A stretch of DNA of 63,836 nt, counting the filler, from Octopus bimaculoides (lineage: Eukaryota), in the NCBI RefSeq assembly GCF_001194135.2. It is 4 parts of 4 records of this genome, joined end to end, with 100 filler letters (N's around TTAATTAATTAA, not from the genome) between each part and the next. Parts side by side here need not be neighbours in the genome. Positions count along the whole stretch, not along the records: positions 1 to 21,273 come from NC_068986.1; 3 more parts are not named here. One strand, 5' to 3'. Positions 1 through 12,254 of this stretch are shown in pieces. Positions within the stretch are counted from its first letter, which is position 1. Every line of letters begins with the position of its first letter. The notes under the pieces are model-generated. The model ran no database searches. It had not been told where the DNA came from and was given only the letters and a program-made list of their open reading frames with translations. The position numbers and the translations under genes were made by a program.

Positions 1-54
1 ATATATATGTGCATGTGTGAATGTACATATATAGATAGATAGATGGATGTACGT

Positions 55-98
<44 letters not shown>

Positions 99-637
99 GT
101 ACATACACACACACACACACACATATGGACACAGATGGCCAATTTACACAAAATTGACAAGAATATTTGGCTTGTGAAAAATTACTCTAAATCTGTTTCT
201 CTCTACCTCTCTATCTCTCTTTGTTTCTCCTTCTCTCTCTATCACTCATTCTCATACATACACAACCAAATACACCCACATACACACGCAGATGCACACA
301 CAGATACATACAAACACGCACATCTTTTCTCTCTATAACACTACCGCATGAACCACCCTTCCCAACGTGTTTTCCCTTGACCTTCGTGTCAGTATGAAGT
401 TAACAATTTTGGGGCGGGGAACCGTTTCATAAATATTTATGACATTTATATCAGCCATCTACAACACATTAAAGTTGCCTTATCACGTGACCTTATCCCC
501 CATATTATATGTGTGTAATGCCATCTTCCGGTTTTTTTCCAAGTTCCCAAGATTTTTTTCACGGAGTATGAGGGTGGGGTTCTAGGATAGCATTATTTAT
601 TTAATATTGATGTTGTTAGAATGGTGTTTTTTATCGC

Positions 638-1145
<508 letters not shown>

Positions 1146-1764
1146 CAGTAGTCCTATTTTTATTACGTGCTTTCACTGCATTACCGAGCGTAACTGTGTA
1201 CCTTGGGTATGTGGTCTGGTTTGCTGTGGTGTTCTTATTTTCGCCGTATTGAAAGTGCTTTACGTAGCATGTATGCGTTGCCTAGTAGTGATATTTTCTG
1301 TATATTATATACACTTATAAATCATGATGTTATGGATATGTATTTCTCTGAATTTTCTTCTTTTTTTTTTACTCATACCTAATACGCCTACTATGATAGG
1401 AACTGTTTCTGTTTTTAGATTCCAATTCGAGTTACCTCCAATTCTATATCTTTGTATTTTGAAAGTTCCTCCATTTCTTTTAGAAAAACTCTGTCATCTG
1501 TTGATATTGATACATCAATTTAAAGGTATCTTTTTTTCTTGGTGATCTCTGACAACTATATCCAGTCTATTAGCCTTGATTTCTCTATCTGTTTGTATTC
1601 GCGTATCCCAGAGCATGGTTGCTTTCTCATTTTTTGCGACCATTTCTGGACTGTACCTGTACCATCTTTTTCTGTTATTTTATAGTGTGTGAATATAGTT
1701 TTTCTTGATCAGGACTGAGCAGCTAGAGACAATATGATTTATTGCTTCTTCTCCATCACCACAT
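1146..1764 (-). mobile_element. R4/Dong-like non-LTR retrotransposon, decayed 3' fragment (CCHC knuckle end, restriction-like endonuclease, 3' UTR)
   Basis: Minus strand reads CGDGEEAINHIVSSC, then EKATMLWD..IQTDREIKANRLDIVVRD and ELSKYKDIE, with frameshifts. Homologous to 53868-54225. Flanked by (TTA)n. Confidence 0.85.
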
Positions 1765-1780
1765 ATTATTATTATTATTA

Positions 1781-1927
1781 TGTTGTTTATTTTTCTTCTT
1801 TCTTCAAATTTTCTTCTATTTCTCGCCGAGTGTTTTCCGTACACCTAGGGCAGAGAAACTCATTGTATGCATTCCCAGTTTACACACGCAAATTCACAGG
1901 TAAAATATGTATTTAAACAAAAAAAAT
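1781..1927. mobile_element. Unclassified 145-bp repeat module, copy 1
   Basis: 1791-1913 matches 55000-55122 with 3 transitions in 123 nt. Preceded by (TTA)n and ends in an A-run on the + strand. Confidence 0.8.
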
Positions 1928-1950
1928 TAATAAATAAATAAATTCTATTA

Positions 1951-1981
<31 letters not shown>

Positions 1982-2040
1982 CATTATTATTATTATTATT
2001 ATTATTATCATTATTATTATTATTATTATTATTATTACAC

Positions 2041-2185
2041 TCAGTTTAAATTCCACCAAAGTCGACTTTGCTTTTCATCCTTTCGGGGTCGATAAAATAA
2101 GTACCAGTTATGTACTGCGGTAGATATAGCCGGCTAGCACCTTCCCAAAAAATTTCAGGCCTTGTGCCTATAGCAGAAATGATTC
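2041..2185 (+). mobile_element. SINE family A, 3' part
   Basis: aaagtcgactttgcttttcatcctttcggggtcgataaaataagtaccag...caggccttgtgcc, shared with the other family A copies. Confidence 0.8.
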
Positions 2186-2187
2186 TT

Positions 2188-2410
2188 CTTTTTTTGTTTT
2201 CGCTACTTGTTTCAGTCACTTGACTGTGGCCATACTGGAGCACCGCCATTAGTCGGAAAAATCGACCCCAGGACTTATTCTTTGTAAGCCTAGTACTAAT
2301 TCTATCAGTCTCTTTTGCTGAACCGCTAGGTTACGGGGAGGTAAACCCACCAGCATCTGTTGTCAAGCGAAGGTGAAGTGACAAACACAGACACACATAT
2401 ACGCATATAT
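2188..2410 (-). mobile_element. SINE family B, 3' half
   Basis: Near-identical to 47818-48040 and to the reverse complement of 49480-49655 (gactgtggccatactggagcaccgcc...ggacttattctttgtaagcctagtact). Confidence 0.85.
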
Positions 2411-2654
2411 ATATATATATGCATATATATACATATACATTTATTTGCATATATATATATATATATACATATACATATGCATATATATATATACATATAC
2501 ATATGCATANNNNNNNNNNNNNNNNNNNNNNNNNNNNNNNNNNNNNNNNNNNNNNNNNNNNTTGATTAAGCACTGTTGAAAACTGGTGTCGATGTAATCC
2601 ACTTAACCCCTTCCAAAATTTGAAACCACTACCATCATCACTATCATGATCATG

Positions 2655-2720
<66 letters not shown>

Positions 2721-3006
2721 GATAGCAGCAACAACAATAGTGTCAGTATCATTTCATCGTTTACCGTCGCGAATCTTTAGTGTTTAGCAAAACAAAGTGT
2801 TTTAATATATTTGTTCACAGTCTTTGCATTCTGAGTTCAATTCCTGTTGAGGTCAGTTTGGCCTTTCGACTTTTCACTTGCGATAAAATAAACTTGCAGT
2901 CTAGCACTGAGTTTAGTGTATTGATTAATCATCTCATCTCAAATTTGCATGCCTTTTAATTTAATCAGATCTCATCAATTCAAATCCCCCCGATGTTAAT
3001 TTTGTA

Positions 3007-3041
<35 letters not shown>

Positions 3042-4025
3042 NNNNNNNNNNNNNNNNNNNNNNNNNNNNNNNNNNNNNNNNNNNNNNNNNNNNNNNNNNN
3101 NNNNNNNNNNNNNNNNNNNNNNNNNNNNNNNNNNNNNNNNNNNNNNNNNNNNNNNNNNNNNNNNNNNNNNNNNNNNNNNNNNNNNNNNNNNNNNNNNNNN
3201 NNNNNNNNNNNNNNNNNNNNNNNNNNNNNNNNNNNNNNNNNNNNNNNNNNNNNNNNNNNNNNNNNNNNNNNNNNNNNNNNNNNNNNNNNNNNNNNNNNNN
3301 NNNNNNNNNNNNNNNNNNNNNNNNNNNNNNNNNNNNNNNNNNNNNNNNNNNNNNNNNNNNNNNNNNNNNNNNNNNNNNNNNNNNNNNNNNNNNNNNNNNN
3401 NNNNNNNNNNNNNNNNNNNNNNNNNNNNNNNNNNNNNNNNNNNNNNNNNNNNNNNNNNNNNNNNNNNNNNNNNNNNNNNNNNNNNNNNNNNNNNNNNNNN
3501 NNNNNNNNNNNNNNNNNNNNNNNNNNNNNNNNNNNNNNNNNNNNNNNNNNNNNNNNNNNNNNNNNNNNNNGAGAGAGTTATTAATATTATATATATATAT
3601 ATTTATTGTGCGTGTGTTTGCCAGGACGAGTGTGTTTGAATGTGCACTTGTGGTTTTGCATGGATATATACCGTGTGTAAGAGGGAAATATAAAATAATT
3701 ACTGACACAATTCTAGTAAAAAAAAACAAACATATAGGATAGATGTAGAAAGTGAACGCGATGGAGGGATGTGAAGGCAATGTATGTGTGTGTGTCTACA
3801 TGTATGTATGTGTGTATGTGTGTGTATATTTAAAATGTTTGTGCACGTTTTGTTTTTTGTATGTGTGTATATATATGGGAGTGGATTGTGGGGTGACAAA
3901 GCCAAAAGTCATTATATTCAGATATTTTTTCTCATATGTTGGACACTAAAATGTCAATAGTAATATGTGAGTATACGTATATACTTTTTTGCACACACGG
4001 AGGCATGCCCACACACGCGCGCGCG

Positions 4026-4080
<55 letters not shown>

Positions 4081-4329
4081 CTGACTGCCTGTCTATCTGT
4101 TTATCTCTCTGTCTATCTATCAATTTATCTATATGCAGACATATAGATAGGTATATCATATATGTGTATAAATGGTGCACATAAATGTATACGTATGTAT
4201 ATAAATGCATATACGCACATGAATGTATTTACATACCTATACATGTGTATATGGGTATATTTCTATATACGTAGCGTATACAGAAGGTCCGTAATTCTTC
4301 ATCAGATATCGACCAATGATATATATATA

Positions 4330-4410
4330 TTTGCTCGACTAAAGGCGGCGTGACAGCATGGCCGAAGTCAAATGACTGCGACAAGTATAACAGCAAAAAA
4401 TAAATGAATA
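4330..4410 (+). mobile_element. SINE family B, 3' terminal fragment
   Basis: ttgctcgactaaaggcgg...cagcatggccgaagtcaaatgactg matches 49592-49640. Confidence 0.7.
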
Positions 4411-4745
4411 TATATATATATTTATATATGGAAAATATATCAACGTAACGTATACTAAATGTAAAAGCCCTTCACTGAACAAAACATTAAATGCCATTTT
4501 GTTTGTCGGACGTTCTTTGCTGTATAACGCCCCTGAATATTACTTTTGTCTTTTTGTTTTCTTTCCTGTTGAATAGATATTGATATCTGGATCATTACTA
4601 GCATCAACACTTCAACCGCCACCTACATTACCAATGCAAACATTGAAATCATTACCACTCAGTAAAATGACCAGCATTATATGAACTACCTGAGCCATTA
4701 CCTCTGCCAGAACTGCTATAGCACTAGCGCCTATGCTAACACTAG

Positions 4746-5064
4746 CACTCCGTCGGTTACGACGACGAGGGTCCCAGCTGATCCGATCAACGGAACAGCT
4801 TGCTCGTGAAATTAACGTGCAAGTGACTGAGCATTCCACAGACACGTGTACCCTTAACGTAGTTCTCAGGGAGATTCAGCGTGACACAGAGTGTGACAAG
4901 GTTGGCCCTTTGAAATACGGGTACTACTCATTTTTGCCAGCTGAGTGGACTGGAGCAACGTGAAATAAAGTTTCTTGCTCAAGGACACAACGCGTCGCCG
5001 GGAATCGAACTCACGACCTTACGATCATGAGCCGAATGCCCTAACCACTAAGCCACGCGCCTTC
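4746..5064 (-). mobile_element. Full-length tRNA-derived SINE (family C1) with 13-bp TSD
   Basis: A-box TGGCTTAGTGG and B-box GAGTTCGATTCCC at the right end on the minus strand, followed by CORE-like TTGTGTCCTTGAGCAAG. TSD ATGCTAACACTAG at 4733-4745 and 5065-5077. Confidence 0.93.
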
Positions 5065-5077
5065 ATGCTAACACTAG

Positions 5078-5890
5078 AATCACTAGCAAAACCAAAACTG
5101 CATCCGCCGTTACCAACATCATTATACCCACCATCTTAACAAAAATTGGAAGCTCTATAACTAGAACAACCATCATACCATTGTAACCACCATTGTAACA
5201 CTGTAATCACGACCACAAGGACGCATCACAATTCCCATCACCACAACAACTACCACCGTCACTACAAACAATACTACAACCACTATCAGCAACAGCAACA
5301 CTAAAGCAACCACTACAACTACATTCATCACAATCACTTAGAGGAAGAGGACATCCACTACAACCAACAGCACCATCACTACTGCCACTACTATTAACAC
5401 CACCGAGCACTACAATTAGTACACTTCGACCATACCACTACCTCTGAAAATACCACTATAACTACCGTCCATTACAGCTAACACTACAGCCTCTACAGCC
5501 ACAATGAAAACCACCTCACACTGCATCAGCACAACCACTACAGTCAACGCCCACAATATCACTATCACTGCTGTCGTTACAACTACCGCAACTGCTATCG
5601 TTATAACTACCACTAATAACATCATCTCTACAACTTCTGCAACCATCAACACCATCAGCATAACAACAACACCGCCAGCATAACAACGTCAACAACAGCA
5701 ACACTCCCGTTATCACCATCAACAAATCTCCACGGCTAATACCTACACTACTATCTCCTCAACAACCGCTAACACTACAACTGCAATGAAAGCCACAGCA
5801 GCCACCACTACTACAGCCACCAACACCACAACCACTACCAGTAATATGAGCAGTACCACCAGAGCCACCACCACCACCAGAATCACCACC

Positions 5891-5936
<46 letters not shown>

Positions 5937-6047
5937 TTACTACTACTACTACTACTTCTACTACTATAGCTACTACCACCACCACAACAATTACCAGTAT
6001 TACGAGTAGTACCACCACCACCACAACCACCACTATTACTACTACTG

Positions 6048-6098
<51 letters not shown>

Positions 6099-6276
6099 TT
6101 ATTATTACTACTACTACTACTACTACTACTATTACAATAGCCACCACCACCACCACCACAACCATTCCAATATTACGAGCAGTACCACAACAGTCAACAC
6201 CGCAACCACCACCTCCACAACTACCACTAATACAGCTGGTGCTACTACTACCACCACTACTACCACTACTACTACA

Positions 6277-6311
<35 letters not shown>

Positions 6312-6312
6312 A
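5078..6312. repeat. Degenerate (ACT/ACC/AAC)n low-complexity tract, also present at 4595-4745 on the other side of the SINE
   Basis: Triplet-periodic A/C-rich sequence ending in pure (ACT)n. Stops occur in the frames checked upstream of 5786. Confidence 0.85.
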
Positions 6313-6707
6313 AAAGTAAAGACGACGGTACCCCCTTGCAGATATGACAGATACAGTGAGCATCAAAAGATGAAAATCTTGGTAAAGATCAGATGATGAA
6401 AACCTACAAGTTTATGTCTGGAAGCCCAAACCTAGCAAATATTGTTAACTAAAGCGATGAAACTTACGATAACAGTATGGATGCATAGGCACACACACAC
6501 ACACTTTCTCACTCGCTCTCTCTTTCTCTCACACACAGACATACACTCATACACACACACCCTCGCACACACATGATATATATATATATATATATATATA
6601 TGCAAATATATGAGTGAGTGTGTGTATGAGTGTGTGTATACGTAGATATTTCCAAATATAAATGTTTGCATTTATATACATGTTTGTACGTATGCATGTA
6701 TGTCTGA

Positions 6708-6739
<32 letters not shown>

Positions 6740-6958
6740 GTGTGTGTGTGCATTTGTGCGTGTGTGCGTTTGCATGTATGAGTGAATGTACAGTTATACA
6801 TATACAGGTATTCATGTGTGTTCGTGGTGCCTATGTATATATTAATGCTGTATGTATGTATGTATGTATGTATTTATATACACAGAAACACAAATACGTT
6901 CTAAAGAAATTCATATATAAATATTCTACACAGGCATACTTTACATAAGCGTACGTAT

Positions 6959-6999
<41 letters not shown>

Positions 7000-7089
7000 C
7001 ATACATACATTCATACATACAAACATGTGTACAAATATATGTATACATGTACATGTGTATGTATGTATACACACACACACACACAAACA

Positions 7090-7154
<65 letters not shown>

Positions 7155-7735
7155 ACACAAACACATGCAAACGTTTAGTCTGTTTAAAAAAGCTTTTCTT
7201 TTTCGTCATTCTACATATGTTATTTGTATTTTTTTTTTCTTTTTTTGCTAAAATTTATGTTGAAACTCTTCATCGATTTATTGAGAATAGAAAAATAAAA
7301 GACAAAAAAAAGAACAGCAAAACAATACATATTGGTATTTAGCAGGTGAGCAACATTCTCTGTCTCGGAGGGGTGGGTGACATACAGACAAACAAACACG
7401 CAGATATTGAAATAAAACACTATGCAATACTGTAAACAAACATGTCATACAACAATAGAACACATCGCTTTCATCTATCTTTCATTTTAACCCAAACTCC
7501 TCCTATTCCTCTCCATTTTCTTTCTTACCCCTTATCTCCCTTACTTCTCTCCTTCTCCTACCACTCTCCCTCTTTTGCCTTTCTCTTTTCGTGCTCCTTC
7601 TCAGCCTCTTCTTTGCATCTCTCATTACCAGCCTCAAAGTTTAAATGAATTTATGATTAACTTACCGAGTTTACACTTCAATTCCAAAAGCCTTAACCAC
7701 ATGGTGACGATTGCGTCTCTAGGTGTTCGCTGGAT

Positions 7736-7757
7736 CTGCTAGAAATATCAGCTAAAC
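7736..7757 (+). repeat. Dispersed repeat motif CTGCTAGAAATAGCAGCCAAAT (further copies 28579-28600, 52495-52516, and 44617-44638 on the minus strand)
   Basis: Four 22-bp near-matches in the window, probably the conserved core of another interspersed repeat family. Confidence 0.55.
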
Positions 7758-8094
7758 TTTTCTCAGAGTGCACGGCTTGCCGTCTTATGAAAATGACACA
7801 TTGCATAATGTGTTACAGTGTTCCTTGCAGCTTGAGAAAAGATGAGATGATCACAGATGAAACTGTGAATTTGCTCATAGATCTGCTCTGTCAGGGCTGA
7901 CATGTTTAAATGATAAAAACAAGGATACGTACCAACGAGAGATTTGGAGCAATTATGGCCTTCTTCCACCGTGGTTCTTCTTCCACGTGCTAGAAATAGA
8001 AGGCAATTCCTATTCTCTTCAAATCACACTCTCACCGCTATAAACGGTGAAGGTGACTTTAGAGTATGTCTTCCTTAGATCTAATACATCAAGA

Positions 8095-9842
8095 CAAAAT
8101 TTTATGAACTGTCGCCTTCGTAAATTGAGTCAAATTTCTACTCGACTCAAATTGATCAACTGTCTGGCTGGCCAAAGTCCATCAATTGTTTGTTGCTTAT
8201 AAATGAATTAACTGTCCACTTAACTATGACCAACTGCTAACTTGGCTAAATTCGATCATCTGTCAACATAGTTAAATGAGAGCAATTGTTCAATCTTCCA
8301 AATTCGATCAAATGTACACGCGGCAAAAGTCGATCAACTTTTCAAAGGGCTTAACACGATCAACTCTCCATTTGGCAAAATTTGATCACTTGTAAACTCT
8401 ACCCAATTCGATCTGATGTCAGCTTTGCTAAATTCAGTCAGATTTTCATTTAGCTAAATTTGATCAACTTTCCATTTTCTCAAATTCGATCAACTGTCAT
8501 TCTTCCAAATTCAATCAACAATCCACATGAACAAATTTGAACAGTCTGCTTGTCCAAATTCGATCAACTGCTGAGTTTGCTAAACTCGTTCAACTTTCTA
8601 TTTGGTCCAATTCGATTATCTGCCCGCTTGAATAAATTCGATCAACTGTCCATTTCAGTAAAATTGATCAATAAGTACATATGCTGAAATTATACATTTC
8701 ACAAATTTCTATTTTCCATCAACTGTAATTTTTTTTAAAATTCGATAAACTGTCCACATGGATAAAATCGATTAACTGTCTATTCTGCAATGAATTCGAT
8801 CAACTATCTTTTTAGCTAATTTCGATCAATTATGCATCCTGCCAAATTCGATCAGCAATTCACTTCGCCCAATTAGAAAAAGTCTCCGTTTTGCTAAATT
8901 AGATCAATTGTTCATTTCTATAAATTCGATGAAATGTCCACTTCATAAAATTCTATCAATTGTTCATTCTTACGATCAACTATCCATTTACAAAATGGGC
9001 AGTTGATCAACTAAATCTGATCATCTGTCTGGTTTGCCAAATTTGATCAACTCTCCATTTGGTAAAATTCAACTAGCTTTCCATTCTTGCAAATTCAATC
9101 AAATGTTCCTTTAAAGAAATTCGATCAACTGTCCACTTGACTAAATTTGTTCACTTGGCATTTTGATTAAATTCAATCAAGAGTGCAGTGCATTTGGCTA
9201 AATCAATCAATTGTCCATTCATTCTTCCAAATTCGATGAAATGTTCACACGGCTAAATTGGATCAGCTGTACATTTGACTAATTTCTATCAAATGTCCAT
9301 TATGCCATATTTGATCAACTGTACACTCCACCTATTTCAATCAACTATCAGCTTTGTTAAATTCTATTAACTGTCCATTTTTGCTAAATTCGACCGATTG
9401 TCCGTTCTACTAATCCATTTGGCCAAATCCGATCTACTATCAACTTGAACATTTTCGATCATTTGTGCATTTGGTCAAATTCGTCCTTCTGTCTCGCTAG
9501 ACTAAATTCGATCTACTGTCCACTTGACCAAATTTGATCAACTGTCCTGTTATATAAATTCAATCAACTGTTTACGTGGCCAAATTCGATGAATTGTCGA
9601 CTTGAGCAAATTCTGCTAGCTGTTCGTTGCAATAACATTTGTCGCTATAACAGGAAAAGCTAAATTCCGTCGACTGTCCATTTGATCAAATTCGATGTCC
9701 TGCGGCTTGTTTTAGTTTGATCAACTGTCCTCCTGAACAAATTCGATTAAATGTCCACTTCTATTAAATTTGATCATTTGTTCACTAGGCTAAATTCATT
9801 TAACTGTTCACTTGACTACATTCGATCACCGGTCCACTAGGG
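8095..9842. repeat. Diverged 26-bp tandem array, about 67 units, consensus YAAATTCGATCAACTGTCCATTTGGC
   Basis: Nine consecutive units of exactly 26 bp at 8247-8480. The GATCAAC core recurs throughout. The period is not a multiple of 3 and there is no ORF. Confidence 0.92.
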
Positions 9843-10805
9843 ATAAAAATAAGCTCCAACATCAGCAGGATATAAAATGCAATTAAATGTCATACCGCTA
9901 AAAAGTCCTAATGAAAATCAGTTTTGTGTAAATTAAGGTATTTCAGATTTAGGGATATAATAATTTGTTTTTTTTATTTTGATCTGAAATCATGTTGAAA
10001 TCGATGGTTATATATTAGAACTATTTATTTAAACATATAAGTATATTCCATCGCTTTAAATGCTCAAATTTAAACTCACTGAGTGTTCATAGGGGAAGTC
10101 AGACGCAAATTTTTGTGAACATAACTGAAGACAAAAAGTAAAGGACAAGAAGTCCAGTATATTCATGGGATCTAATATGGTTCTCACAAAATATAACAAA
10201 GTTTCATCTTTTCCATACCTGAAAATTTATACATTCCGAAAACAGAAACGATAAACCCAATAAAAACTACTTAATCAATGACCATCACTACTTAAGATTT
10301 ATCACAAAATAAGAGGGGCATGTGGAAATATAAATATTGATAAGCAAAAAAGATGTTATTAGGATGTTGAAGAATCATACGCAAAACTAAGAAGCTTAGT
10401 ATCGCCAGCCGATAAAATACAACTTGGCAGCAGGTACCATGGCTTTGTAAGTTATTTTAGGTGCTTCTACTGCCGCGAGTCGACAGAAATATCAACTCGA
10501 ATGCTTCAATCTTAACCTAGGACGATTTCTAGGTTATGACAGTTCATTTCTTTTGCAGCTGACTAAATCGACCCAACGTGAAGTAAAGCACCACGGTCCT
10601 TCAGGAATTGAGTTCACGAATATTTTGATCATGAAGCGAACGCCCTTTCAATGAGTTCCTCAGTCTGCATGTCTCGTTCTTATTGGTTGCGCGTGGTATA
10701 AACACGAGGCAACTTTCGGTGTCGGCAGTGTTATTAATTAAGCATTTTTATCTCTACAGTACATAAATATGTACATGAGTATCTATGCTTGTATGTATGT
10801 GTGTA

Positions 10806-10845
<40 letters not shown>

Positions 10846-11125
10846 NNNNNNNNNNNNNNNNNNNNNNNNNNNNNNNNNNNNNNNNNNNNNNNNNNNNNNN
10901 NNNNNNNNNNNNNNNNNNNNNNNNNNNNNNNNNNNNNNNNNNNNNNNNNNNNNNNNNNNNNNNNNNNNNNNNNNNNNNNNNNNNNNNNNNNNNNNNNNNN
11001 NNNNNNNNNNNNNNNNNNNNNNNNNNNNNNNNNNNNNNNNNNNNNNNNNNNNNNNNNNNNNNNNNNNNNNNNNNNNNNNNNNNNNNNNNNNNNNNNNNNN
11101 NNNNNNNNNNNNNTAGATGGATAGT

Positions 11126-11187
<62 letters not shown>

Positions 11188-11203
11188 AATGGATGGATGA
11201 ATG

Positions 11204-11266
<63 letters not shown>

Positions 11267-11279
11267 GGTTGGATACATG

Positions 11280-11310
<31 letters not shown>

Positions 11311-11707
11311 TATTATATGTTTATCTGTGTGTATAATTATATATAAAAATCAAACATTTCACTAAAGGATTATCCAATATCTTTCAACAAAGTATCATAT
11401 ACATTATAATTATTCACGGAAAATGTGACTGTTACTTGTAAATTTCGGCTTAACAACCTTCTGATGAACGAGAGGCACTAGGCCACTGTACGTCGCAATA
11501 AGACTGAACATGAAGCGATACGGTTTTAAAGCGAAACGAAGATGCAACACGCAGCACTTGACAAATGTTTTGGTCATTAATGTAAAGGGATTAACCTATA
11601 CCTTGTTTGTCAATCGGGTCCTATTTTTGAATGTATACGCCTTAGATCCTAAATCTACTCTATCATATCTGGTTTGACATTAAACTACAACAACCTCTGA
11701 AATAATA

Positions 11708-11890
11708 TTCTCCTCTCATAAAGGTGCATGCAAGGCTTGAAATTTGGAGGAGCTGGTTAATCGATTAGATTGACTCCAGTACTTGACTAGAACTGTATTT
11801 TATCTTTCAAAGATGAAAGACAGTACTTAACTAGTACTGTATTTTATCTTTCAGAGATGAAAGATAAAGGTGAGTCCATGGGGATCAGAA
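11708..11890 (-). mobile_element. SINE family A, degenerate fragment with internal duplication of about 45 bp
   Basis: tcgattagattgactccagtacttgactagaactgtattttatc resembles the reverse complement of the family A 3' region. The segment cagtactt...agatgaaaga is duplicated. Confidence 0.5.
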
Positions 11891-12254
11891 AATGAAGATA
11901 TGTAGCTCTTCGAAGAACTTTATCCGACTCTTTAAAGATTCTGCCAAGTCACTACTTTTGTTTCAGCATAGACAGCGAACCATAAATTAGGTAAGGGTTC
12001 TCGCAACCCCAGGATTCTTTTTTTTTTTTGGTGGGGGGGCGATGGAATCGTAAAATCCAGTGTTCCACAACCTTCTTTCATTTGTGGTACACTTATATAC
12101 TTCTCAAAATTCGGCAGGACTCCTGAACTAAAGATATAACTAAAAGTATAGGGGAAAAATTTATATTCAGATTACAGTGCGGCACACGTAGCCTCGTCTC
12201 CTGGCACACCGATTGCAGAACGCTAGTAAAATCGAGAGAGCATGGATACAAGAG

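Noticed and set aside
2980-3780. Long ORFs spanning N-runs (also 10734-11306, 16806-17646, 24835-25531, 32326-32914, 35147-35869, 42044-43312, 50750-51739, 53927-55112)
   Set aside because: Length comes from assembly gaps translated as X.
4990-5064. tRNA-like sequence with A and B boxes (also 20925-20997 and 37290-37363)
   Set aside because: These are SINE heads continuous with SINE bodies and TSDs, not tRNA genes.
6432-7342. HT/CV/YI dipeptide ORFs here and throughout the window
   Set aside because: These are translations of (CA)n, (TG)n and (TA)n repeats.
7335-7352. Strong splice donor-like CAG|GTGAGC
   Set aside because: No upstream acceptor or open exon, so no host gene could be built.
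8095-9842. CRISPR-like or coding-repeat interpretation of the 26-bp array
   Set aside because: The variable parts are only about 10 bp and homologous to each other, the repeats are degenerate, there are no cas genes, the context is eukaryotic, the period is not a multiple of 3, and no ORF is present.
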